This document shows positions 9,429-17,541 of a stretch of DNA of 18,844 bases, piece by piece. The stretch spans positions 1 through 18,844 of the forward strand of contig JBGCDR010000190.1 of NCBI GenBank assembly GCA_045105515.1. Direction: 5' to 3'. Under the pieces are notes generated by a model. It was not told the DNA's origin. It did no database searches and saw nothing but the letters and a program-made list of their open reading frames with translations. Origin of the DNA: Oligoflexales bacterium. Its GTDB lineage: Bacteria > Bdellovibrionota_B > Oligoflexia > Oligoflexales > Bog-1112. Each line of letters begins with the position of its first letter. Within the stretch, counting starts at the first letter, position 1. The translations under genes and the position numbers were made by a program.

Positions 9429-10850
9429 ATGGTTGACTTTCAGCAAATTAGGGAAAAGATCTGGCCTATTAGGCGAGAGGAACTCCCAAAAGTTTTGCTG
9501 TTAATTGCAGTGAAGTTTTGCATCACCTTTGTCTACTCGATCCTATTTGTCTGTAAAGACACCATAATCATAACCTCACCAGGCTTGGGCACGGAGTTAA
9601 TCCCAATCCTCAAAGGCACTGTAATGATTGTGGCTGCAATAGGAATATCTGCACTGTATACGCGCTTAACTTCGCACTTTTCATTCGAAAAGGTATTTTA
9701 TTTCTTTCTTCTTTTCTTTGCCGCTTTTTTTCTAGTCTACAGTTTTTACCTCTACCCAAATCGCGAGAATCTCGCTCTTGATGAAGAACAACTTTCCTTC
9801 ATCCGGTCTATCATTGGAGAGCACCGTGTCCACTGGTTGGCTATATTTAAGTACTGGTTTCATACGATGTTTTTTGTCATTGCCGAACTTTGGGGGGCTA
9901 TGGTAATTGTGACCCTTTTTTGGGGCACAGCCAATACCATCAATAGCGTCGAAGAAGCGTCGCGTTTTTACAACCTGTTCTCAGCAGGAGGGCACTTAGC
10001 AACTCTCATTAGTGGTATCAGTATAGGGTTTATAAGTTCAATCAGCAGCAACTATGAAGTCTCGGTCAAGTTCTTAATGCTGGTTGTAGTCAGCCTATGC
10101 ACCGTTATTTTCACTGGAGTATGGCAAATCAACAAACAATTTGACCTATCTCAATACAGACCGAAAACGAAAGTAAAGATATCATTTAGCAGTAGCGTAA
10201 AGAAGATAATCACCTCAAAATACCTTCTTGCCATCTGCCTAATCGTAGTAGGCTACGGTTTTACCATGAATATGGTAGAGGTTTTTTGGAAAGACACTGC
10301 TAGGAACCTATTCAAGAGCTCTTCAGAGTTTCAATCACTCATGGGCACCATTATTAGCTTAATTGGCTTTTTTTCTTTCATAATGAGTGTATTTTTTAGT
10401 GGAAACATCATCCGAGCTTGGGGCTGGAGAAAAAGCGCCTTAATCTCACCATTATGCATCAGCTTTTTTGGACTGCTATTTTTTACTTTCTACTTTATGG
10501 CTCAGTATATGAATCCTAGTCATGGATTCAATTTTGTTTGGCTTGCAGTGATGTTAGGAGCAGGCCATAATATCGTAGCAAAAATCCTAAAATACAGCAT
10601 GTTTGATCTAACCAAGGAAATGTCCTACATTCCTTTATCTTACGAAGAAAAGGTCAACGGCAAAGCTGCTATTGACGTAATTTCTTCTCGCTTAGGAAAA
10701 TCAGGTTCATCCTGGTTACAACTTATGACCATGGAATTAATAGGCAGTAGCATGCTTGCAAGTACTTCAAGCTATCTATTTCCTTTGATAGCACTAGGTT
10801 TCGCGGCATGGATTTGGGCAATCTTTTTTATCGGAAATGCCTTGGAATAA
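9429..10850 (+). CDS. Npt1/Npt2 (TLC/NTT) family nucleotide transporter, ATP/ADP translocase-like
   Basis: Polytopic membrane protein with family motifs IWPIRREELPK, KDT, ELIPILK, AELWG, LFWGTAN, EASRFY, VEVFWK, KYSMFDLTKEMSYIPL and GKAAIDVISSRLGKSG. Confidence 0.93.
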   Translation: MVDFQQIREKIWPIRREELPKVLLLIAVKFCITFVYSILFVCKDTIIITSPGLGTELIPILKGTVMIVAAIGISALYTRLTSHFSFEKVFYFFLLFFAAFFLVYSFYLYPNRENLALDEEQLSFIRSIIGEHRVHWLAIFKYWFHTMFFVIAELWGAMVIVTLFWGTANTINSVEEASRFYNLFSAGGHLATLISGISIGFISSISSNYEVSVKFLMLVVVSLCTVIFTGVWQINKQFDLSQYRPKTKVKISFSSSVKKIITSKYLLAICLIVVGYGFTMNMVEVFWKDTARNLFKSSSEFQSLMGTIISLIGFFSFIMSVFFSGNIIRAWGWRKSALISPLCISFFGLLFFTFYFMAQYMNPSHGFNFVWLAVMLGAGHNIVAKILKYSMFDLTKEMSYIPLSYEEKVNGKAAIDVISSRLGKSGSSWLQLMTMELIGSSMLASTSSYLFPLIALGFAAWIWAIFFIGNALE

Positions 10851-10853
10851 GAT

Positions 10854-12503
10854 TCAACTCTTCTCCTCGACAACTTCACAAATGGCTTCCAAAACACAAA
10901 CTACAGCTGCAGCTCCAGGATCCGGAGTTCCCTTTAGCCTATCTGCAGACAGGTAGCTGGAACGTCCCGAGCTTGTAGAATGAATTGATTTAGTTTTTTC
11001 AAACCCAGATTTTGCCGCATCTAGGGCAAAGCTAAGCCCCCTATTCAATTGCTCGATTGCAGGTATCATTGCATCCAGCATGGTACGATCACCTAGCTTA
11101 GCACCTCCGTAGTTGCTCATGGCTTGCAATCCTGCTTTCAAAGCACCCTGATCCCAATCACCTCCATCAGTAAGATGCTTTCCCACTGCAGTGAAAAAAA
11201 TCGAGAGTAAAACTCCTGATGAACCACCTGCAGACGCAAGAGACTGGCCCAATGCCAAGCTTAAGTTTTTTGGTTCTTTCAATGGCAAAGACGGAAGTTT
11301 TTCAAGTATACGCTTCGCCGCAAGACTGAAGGTAGTTCCTGCATCCCCATCACCTACCTTAAAATCCAAATCGTTTAGCTCATCTTTCTTAGCTATAAGT
11401 GCTTCACATACATGCTTTAACACTTTTTCTGTAGTGGGGTGTGAAGAACTAAGAAAACTGATACCTTCATACTCAGGGCAAGGTAAAAGGTCGAGGCTAG
11501 GATATTCAGTTAGATTCCAAAAGGTGTTGCTTACTTTAAATCTAAGAAGCTCCTTAAGGTTTTCAGATAGTGGAAGTATACTTAAACTAACACCATTCAT
11601 ATCCAGACTAGTCATCATTTGTGCGGGACCTAAAAGCATGGATATGCGACTTGCCAAGTTTGATTGCATCAAATCACTTGCTAGGATGTTAAGTTCCATT
11701 GGGGGGACAGTGCCAAGGCCATTTAAAAAAGCCAGTAGCTCACCATGTTTAGGTATATGGTTTGCTAACTGCTCCAACAACAAGTCGATCAAATGCCTAG
11801 CACTTTTTAATTTCATAGTCGATGCGCCAGGTTCTCCGTGAATTCCAAGACCAAGTTCTATTTCTCCTGACTTGATCCGCTCTTTTGGTTCGCCCCCCGG
11901 GATGTTGCAGTTAGAGAGGGAAAGTCCAATAGTAGCTATTTTTCCTACTGTTTCTTCCACTACTCCTTTAATTTCCTTAAGCTTTACTCTCTGAGCTGAA
12001 AGCGCACCGGCAATTTTATGAATAAGAAGAGTGCCGGCTAAACCTCTTGCTTGTTCGGTCTCAATGGCTCGATCGTCACCTACTATGACCATTTCTACAT
12101 TCAAACTATAATGAGATTTTGCAATTTCAGCAGCTAAACCAAAGTTTAAACGGTCCCCAGTATAATTTTTTATGATAAGTAAGCAACCTGCCGCACCCGT
12201 TACTGCTCTGATCGCTGCTAGAATAGCCTCAACACTAGGTGAAGCAAAGATTTCACCACTCACTGCTGCAGTCAGGAACCCTTCGCCCACAAAGCCTGAA
12301 TGAGCTGGTTCATGTCCCGCACCTCCTCCCGAGATTAGAGCAACTTGCTCTTTCCCATGGACATCTTTATCCCATGATTTAATCGCAACAACTTTAATAT
12401 CGGGATAGCCATCGAGGCGGGCAAGATCAGGAGAACTCAGCACAAGTCCATTTATAGATTCAGTTACGATATTTTCCTGCTTATTGATAAACCGATTCCA
12501 CAT
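10854..12503 (-). CDS. dhaK: Fused DAK1-DAK2 (DhaK-DhaL) ATP-dependent dihydroxyacetone kinase
   Basis: SGGGAGHEPAH, KNYTGDRLNFG, GLGIHGEPG, then VGDGDAG, GDRTMLDA, GRSSY, PDPGA. ATG 12503 (MWNRFIN) is preferred over TTG 12515. Confidence 0.95.
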   Translation of the reverse strand: MWNRFINKQENIVTESINGLVLSSPDLARLDGYPDIKVVAIKSWDKDVHGKEQVALISGGGAGHEPAHSGFVGEGFLTAAVSGEIFASPSVEAILAAIRAVTGAAGCLLIIKNYTGDRLNFGLAAEIAKSHYSLNVEMVIVGDDRAIETEQARGLAGTLLIHKIAGALSAQRVKLKEIKGVVEETVGKIATIGLSLSNCNIPGGEPKERIKSGEIELGLGIHGEPGASTMKLKSARHLIDLLLEQLANHIPKHGELLAFLNGLGTVPPMELNILASDLMQSNLASRISMLLGPAQMMTSLDMNGVSLSILPLSENLKELLRFKVSNTFWNLTEYPSLDLLPCPEYEGISFLSSSHPTTEKVLKHVCEALIAKKDELNDLDFKVGDGDAGTTFSLAAKRILEKLPSLPLKEPKNLSLALGQSLASAGGSSGVLLSIFFTAVGKHLTDGGDWDQGALKAGLQAMSNYGGAKLGDRTMLDAMIPAIEQLNRGLSFALDAAKSGFEKTKSIHSTSSGRSSYLSADRLKGTPDPGAAAVVCVLEAICEVVEEKS

Positions 12504-12650
12504 ATTATCTCTCAAGCTAAAAGGTGATACCCACCTTCACAAAGCCACTTTTTAAAGGAGAGGATAAGTAACTTTTAGAAGGGAAAGGAGCAAGAAGCCA
12601 CTGACTTCATGCTTCGGTGAGTTTCACTAGCTTAAGTTTTAGAAAAATTA

Positions 12651-13160
12651 TTAGCTAGGAAAAACTGATCTTTTTTTAGCAAATTTTAGTTCAATCCCTG
12701 GTAGGCGGGAGAGGAAATAACGCTGCTTATCGCTTAAATTTGAAGAAATTATAGTAATTGTTTTCAGACGAGGTAACTGCTTTAATACCATCATATCAAC
12801 AGATTGAGAGAAATTAATTTTTTCGAATATTAGGTTTTTCAATTTTCTCATTCCACGTAAAAAATCTAGGGACTCTAAATCATAAGAATTGAGATGCAAA
12901 GAATGTACAGATTCAGCTTCCTTAAGCAGTGACCATTCCACATAGGTATCCTTGAAATAAAGGATTGGAATTTTCTCTAGTCGCCTTAATGAAGGGCCAC
13001 ATTGTCCGCTCGTCATTAAGAAGTCTATGAAATCTCGCTGAACTTCGGGCAAGGTATCTCGTTTTAGGCAAAGCTCCATAAAACTCTCTTGAGAAGAACC
13101 CCCAAAGCTTGGCAACTCTAAACTCAAGGACAAAAAAAATGCTAAATAGAACCTGAGCAT
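12651..13160 (-). CDS. Secreted short leucine-rich-repeat protein
   Basis: Signal peptide; Cys-containing cap SFMELCLKRDTL...QC; degenerate LRR units (VHSLHLNSYDLESLDFLRGMRKLKNL, LKQLPRLKTITIISSNL). Confidence 0.65.
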   Translation of the reverse strand: MLRFYLAFFLSLSLELPSFGGSSQESFMELCLKRDTLPEVQRDFIDFLMTSGQCGPSLRRLEKIPILYFKDTYVEWSLLKEAESVHSLHLNSYDLESLDFLRGMRKLKNLIFEKINFSQSVDMMVLKQLPRLKTITIISSNLSDKQRYFLSRLPGIELKFAKKRSVFPS

Positions 13161-13218
13161 ATCAATCCAAATATATAAACTAGCACTCGTATCCTAAATA
13201 AAAACGAGATACGCTTAA

Positions 13219-13246
13219 AGCCAGCTTATTATAACATAAGCTGGCT
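13219..13246 (-). terminator. Probable Rho-independent terminator of the 13274-13723 gene
   Basis: Perfect 11-bp stem AGCCAGCTTAT/ATAAGCTGGCT with 6-nt loop, 27 nt past the stop codon; short T-tail. Confidence 0.7.
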
Positions 13247-13273
13247 AACAAAACATGTAAGAATTTTTTCTAA

Positions 13274-13723
13274 TTAATAGAGGTCTCTGAGAGAAACGGA
13301 AACAGAGTATGCGCGTCCATAACCATTTGCATAAACTCTGTTTCGGTATCCAAAGTTTAACTCTTTGGTTGCAGTTGGAAGTAGATCATCACCAGGTGAG
13401 TCTTTTTCAATTCCTGAGATCTTTACCATAACCCCATAATTCCAGTCAGCTTCAGTTCGATAACATTGGTTGATACCTGTGGCCCATCGCGCATTATAAA
13501 GTCTGTCTGGAACTTTAATCTCTCTAGTTGTTCCGAGTCGCTCTTCCCCCCAAGGCTGAAGGACTGAAAAATTTAACTTCCACTCTTCATGATTACCAAA
13601 ATCATCTTGAGATTGGTATACGGTCAATGTATTAAAGCAAATCTCTACAGGCCTTGCTTGTGCTGAAGTCAGAGCACTGAGGGCAAAAAACATTAATCCA
13701 GATAGAAGCAGTTTCGATTTCAT
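13274..13723 (-). CDS. Small secreted beta-rich hypothetical protein, 149 aa
   Basis: Signal peptide ending AQA; AGGTGG upstream of ATG; alternating beta pattern, two Cys, Asp-rich loops. Confidence 0.8.
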   Translation of the reverse strand: MKSKLLLSGLMFFALSALTSAQARPVEICFNTLTVYQSQDDFGNHEEWKLNFSVLQPWGEERLGTTREIKVPDRLYNARWATGINQCYRTEADWNYGVMVKISGIEKDSPGDDLLPTATKELNFGYRNRVYANGYGRAYSVSVSLRDLY

Positions 13724-13903
13724 CGTTCCACCTATACTTGTTTAAATTTGACTTATTTTACCCTCCTATCCTTTTACAATTCTATATAGATGTCAAGTCT
13801 ATTCATTCCATGCTGATTTGAATTAGCGACTACTATTGATATCCCTAGATTTCGCTATATAGTTTTGATAAATAGAAGAAAAGGTCAAAACGAATGATCG
13901 TAT

Positions 13904-14533
13904 TTAAGCTTTTTCTGATGAGTGAAACTTTGAGCTCGTACTTTTACGCGGACTACGATCCCAATGAAGGTTCAAGTATGATTCAAGGTGAGCACTTCCT
14001 AATTCCAAGCCAATTAATTTTGCCCACTTTAAAGTATGGGCCACCATTAGATCGGCAAAAGTAAAATGATTTCCCACCATAAACTGGCTTTCTTCCAAGG
14101 CTGCTTCCAAGGCCCTACATGACCTAGAGAACTCATACTTGGCAGTTGCAAAAATATTGGGTACTCGCCACTCTTTAGGCAGTGCAAACTTATGCTTAGA
14201 CATTGTCCAAAGGGCTTGCTCTAGTTCTGACATGACGAAAAACATCCATTGATCATATTGGTACCTCGCTGGACTTCGTGGATCTGGCACCAATTTAGAA
14301 TGACTACTTTTTTCTCCAATATAAGTGCACATAGCCGCAGATTCAAATAAAATAAAATCCCCATCGACGAGAACAGGTACTTTTCCGCTAGGATTTTTTA
14401 ATAAAAATTCTTCAGATCGATGCTCACCTTTCAAAAAATCAATAGGGATAGATTCATAGTCTAAACCTGCTTCTTCAAGTGCCCACAACGGACGAAATGC
14501 CCGAGTTTTTGAATCTCCATAAATTTTAATCAC
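13904..14533 (-). CDS. Glutathione S-transferase family protein
   Basis: RPLWALEE, NPSGKVPVLVDGD, LFESAAM, FMVGNHFTFADL; GTG start with AAAGGA 7 nt upstream. Confidence 0.95.
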   Translation of the reverse strand: MIKIYGDSKTRAFRPLWALEEAGLDYESIPIDFLKGEHRSEEFLLKNPSGKVPVLVDGDFILFESAAMCTYIGEKSSHSKLVPDPRSPARYQYDQWMFFVMSELEQALWTMSKHKFALPKEWRVPNIFATAKYEFSRSCRALEAALEESQFMVGNHFTFADLMVAHTLKWAKLIGLELGSAHLESYLNLHWDRSPRKSTSSKFHSSEKA

Positions 14534-15185
14534 AATTTAATCCTTTAAATTGGTCTAAATACTACTATTAGGTACAAACCAATATACATCCAATTCTTTG
14601 GTAAAATAAATTAGAATATTTTTGCAAAATTTATTGGGAAGAATGAATAAAAAACAAGAAATTGAGTCTCAAAATTACATGCCATTACAAACATTCAGCA
14701 TACATTCGCCCTTTGATACGATTTTTCCATTTTCGATTGATGGTAGCTTTGCAATAATTTACCAAAACATAATTTCCCCCACTCGATCAGGAGAAAGAAA
14801 TTTAATCGCTGATCCACTCTTGATTGCTAGCATTAGAAATCAGTCTATTTCTGGCCTTTAACTCTATCACCTGGATATCCTACTTTTTAATCATTTTTAT
14901 GTGCCGAAGCACCACTCATCATTTGCGGAATTGTAAGTAACTGAGGAGTTGGAGCCTTGCTCCAATAGCAATATAAATGGAACAGAAATAACATTGGAGC
15001 AATAGAATTTTGAATTTAAAGAAAAAATATCCCAGGAAAAATCCCTAAAATTCCTAATACATCCAAACCAGTCTCTATAATAGTATTAAGAGTTGTTAAA
15101 ATGAACCTACTTTAATATCACTTAGACATATTCACAATAAAAACACCTTAGAAAAAAGACCAAGGGTAAGGAATATAAAAAAACC

Positions 15186-15212
15186 TCAATCTTCCTTATA
15201 AAGAGCCGATGT
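15186..15212 (+). promoter_or_regulatory. Putative sigma-28 (FliA) promoter of the LVIVD operon
   Basis: TCAA (15186-15189)-N15-GCCGATGT (15205-15212), canonical spacing, about 40 nt before TTG 15254. Confidence 0.55.
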
Positions 15213-15253
15213 CCTGATGGGTTCAAAAGTATCCTACATATTGGAGAATTGGC

Positions 15254-16756
15254 TTGCTTGGGTTTGGCTTACTACTGTTAGGGCTTCTTCATTACCTTCT
15301 TGTAAGAGGTAATCTACCCCTATATGGTTTTGATCTTAGTACTTTATCCCTTTTCCAAGAAATGTTCCCTGCTTGGCTAATTGATTCTTTCCCCTCTTTT
15401 GCATTTGTTGCAGGTTTAACTTTGTTAGAGGCTTCGTTTAGGGAGGCAAAGTCATATAGATTATTTGCTTGGCTGCCCCTTAAGTGGATTGGACTGGCAA
15501 TTTTCTGCGAAATTTTACAGAGATACATCTCTACTTGGGGCTTAGCCGGAGTATTTGATATTAATGATATATTCGCATCTATTATAGGTGGTTTCTCAAG
15601 CTTTTTATTCCTAATTTCGGGCGGTTTAAGTAGCTCATCAAAACCACGAATGCTGAGAGTCGTTTCAAAGAGAACTCTAAATCTAGGAATATATGGACTA
15701 GGATTTATCTTAATCACTGCTACTAGCAAACGCAAAGAGGGACCCCTTATTTCTGCAGCCCCCCACCCAATGGTATGTTCACAAGGAAATTCCATAAAGA
15801 TAAATGCGATGGATATCAAATGGTCCAAACCAAGACCAATACTGGAAAATGGAAAAATTGGACTCTATAACGATACCTTGTTAATAAGTGAAGGAACGAG
15901 CGGAATTCATGTAGTTGATAACTCAGATAGAAAAGATCCTAAAGCAATAGGTTTCATTGAAATTCCTGGAAACAATGATATGGCTGTTAAAGATGGGGTG
16001 ATTTACGCAAACGCCTACTACAATCTGCTTGTCATTGATGTAACAAAACTACCGGAAATCAAGGTATTGAAAATACTTCCGGATGCACTAGGTAAGAATT
16101 TTAATCATTGTTCTTCAGGTTTTGGCCGCCCAATCCAAAGGAATGAATTAGAACTTGCCACAAGAACAGTTACTCAAGAAAATATTCCAGCTCGTCACCC
16201 AGATCCTATAATTGGCTTTAGGACTACGTGTATTTTCGAAAATGAGCTTGATGCTTGTCTGGTCATAACTGAGGATTCATCGGGAGTACCATTGTTGTCG
16301 GGATGCAAGTCAGCCCTGCAGGCGACAAAGGTAAATACAGATACCGGAGAACAAGAATCAATCTATAGCTGTTCTTTTAATATCCCCTTATCATCACAAT
16401 TATTAGGCTATTCAAGCGCTTGTGGTGAAGATAATCAAGGTCTTACAAACACCACAGTGCTAGAGCATAGGATTGATTTTAAATCTGGTTTTTGTGGGCA
16501 CAAAAAACACTACAACGAGAATATCCCATATTTTAAAGACCAGTTTGATGCTTATAAAACTGAGCACGTATTTGCTAATGACAAGACTTCACTTGAGGCT
16601 TTGGAATCATTATTTGAACTCAAAGAACTAGATCCTGAAACTGAAGAGAATCAAGATCCTAGTGCTAAGAAGGACCAAGATCCTAGTACTAAGAAGGAGA
16701 AAAATCTTAGTACTCAAAAGGATCATGATCCTAGCATTAAGGAGGATAAAAAATGA
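15254..16756 (+). CDS. Membrane-domain / LVIVD-repeat fusion protein with Cys-rich domain and repeat tail
   Basis: About five hydrophobic segments in the first 160 aa with EILQ...GVFDINDI. Then PRPILENGKI, GIHVVDNSD, GFIEIPGNNDMAVKDGVIYAN and LLVID (LVIVD type). GGAG lies 7 nt before TTG. Confidence 0.8.
   Translation: MLGFGLLLLGLLHYLLVRGNLPLYGFDLSTLSLFQEMFPAWLIDSFPSFAFVAGLTLLEASFREAKSYRLFAWLPLKWIGLAIFCEILQRYISTWGLAGVFDINDIFASIIGGFSSFLFLISGGLSSSSKPRMLRVVSKRTLNLGIYGLGFILITATSKRKEGPLISAAPHPMVCSQGNSIKINAMDIKWSKPRPILENGKIGLYNDTLLISEGTSGIHVVDNSDRKDPKAIGFIEIPGNNDMAVKDGVIYANAYYNLLVIDVTKLPEIKVLKILPDALGKNFNHCSSGFGRPIQRNELELATRTVTQENIPARHPDPIIGFRTTCIFENELDACLVITEDSSGVPLLSGCKSALQATKVNTDTGEQESIYSCSFNIPLSSQLLGYSSACGEDNQGLTNTTVLEHRIDFKSGFCGHKKHYNENIPYFKDQFDAYKTEHVFANDKTSLEALESLFELKELDPETEENQDPSAKKDQDPSTKKEKNLSTQKDHDPSIKEDKK
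16628..16747 (+). repeat. Coding tandem repeat, 5 x 24 bp (8 aa, approx. QDPSTKKD)
   Basis: Units start at 16628, 16652, 16676, 16700 and 16724, e.g. CAAGATCCTAGTGCTAAGAAGGAC / CAAGATCCTAGTACTAAGAAGGAG; the first unit is degenerate. Confidence 0.9.
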
Positions 16757-17535
16757 CTAGAAAATGGCTTTTTTCATGTACCTTTCTCATCCTAATAGTA
16801 GTATTTTTTTCATGTAAAGGAAAAAACAGTTCATCTTCATCTTTATCCCCCACTCCTTCCCCTTCTACCCCTCAAAATAACTCAGGAGTAGGGAAGGTTG
16901 GCTCTTTAGCTAGATTTACCGTTATTGGTGATCATCTTTATGCAGTCAATAATCGTGAAATCAAGGCGTTTGATATATCAAATCCAGCCGAAACTAAAGA
17001 AGTATCAGGCCAATCTATTGATTTTGGAATTGAAACAGTCTCTGGGTCCTACCCTTATCTATTTATAGGCGGGCAAAAAGGTTTATATATTTATGATGTT
17101 AGCTCTGATCCAAAATCACCAAGTTTTGTTTCTCAATTTGGTCATGCAAGAGCTTGTGATCCCGTAGTTATCGAAAATGACTATGCATTTATAACATTAA
17201 GAAGTTCAAACATGTGTCCAGGGAGCGTAAATGAACTCAAAGTGGTGGACGTTTCAAACATCAGACAACCTAAACTGATAAAAAATTATCCCTTATCAGC
17301 TCCAGTTGGTTTAGCTTCTAACGAAGGAAAGCTTTATATTTGTGACGGGGATAATTTAAAACTATTTAATTCTTCTGATGTGCAAAATGTTCAGCTAAAA
17401 ACCAGTGTTGAAAGAATTGGTTGTATGGACATGATCTTTGATCGCTCGGCAGTGATCGTGACTTCGAGCCAGGGCATCACTCAATATGATGTAAGCAACG
17501 ATATTTTTGAGCTATTGAGTCATCTTGGTTTTTAA
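16753..17535 (+). CDS. LVIVD-repeat lipoprotein
   Basis: Lipobox-like VFFS-C; Ser/Pro linker; GSLARFTVIGDHLYAV, GIETV, HARACDPVV, AFITLR, NELKVVDVS; ATGA overlap with the upstream stop. Confidence 0.9.
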   Translation: MTRKWLFSCTFLILIVVFFSCKGKNSSSSSLSPTPSPSTPQNNSGVGKVGSLARFTVIGDHLYAVNNREIKAFDISNPAETKEVSGQSIDFGIETVSGSYPYLFIGGQKGLYIYDVSSDPKSPSFVSQFGHARACDPVVIENDYAFITLRSSNMCPGSVNELKVVDVSNIRQPKLIKNYPLSAPVGLASNEGKLYICDGDNLKLFNSSDVQNVQLKTSVERIGCMDMIFDRSAVIVTSSQGITQYDVSNDIFELLSHLGF

Positions 17536-17541
17536 TTTATT

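Noticed and set aside
11191..11841. 216-aa antisense ORF, and other shadow ORFs (322-534, 705-890, 2669-2875, 2764-2988, 4157-4363, 4599-4787, 5750-6052, 7972-8178, 9115-9303, 15292-15828)
   Set aside because: They overlap well-supported genes and show no recognisable motifs.
12516..12650. GGA-rich tract and AAGCCACT direct repeat upstream of dhaK as a CsrA-type sRNA
   Set aside because: The GGA motifs are not in hairpin loops and there is no terminator; compatible with chance.
14622..14861. 79-aa ORF in the GST-LVIVD spacer
   Set aside because: Weak TTG start, no clear SD and no motif; cannot be supported as a gene.
15209..15217. In-frame ATG-TCC-TGA upstream of the LVIVD fusion, suggesting readthrough or selenocysteine
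   Set aside because: The ATG lies inside the GCCGAT promoter box, TTG 15254 has its own GGAG SD, and no SECIS-like hairpin is evident.
16628..16747. Repeat as a CRISPR array
   Set aside because: Units are contiguous with no spacers, in frame within a CDS, and no cas genes are present.
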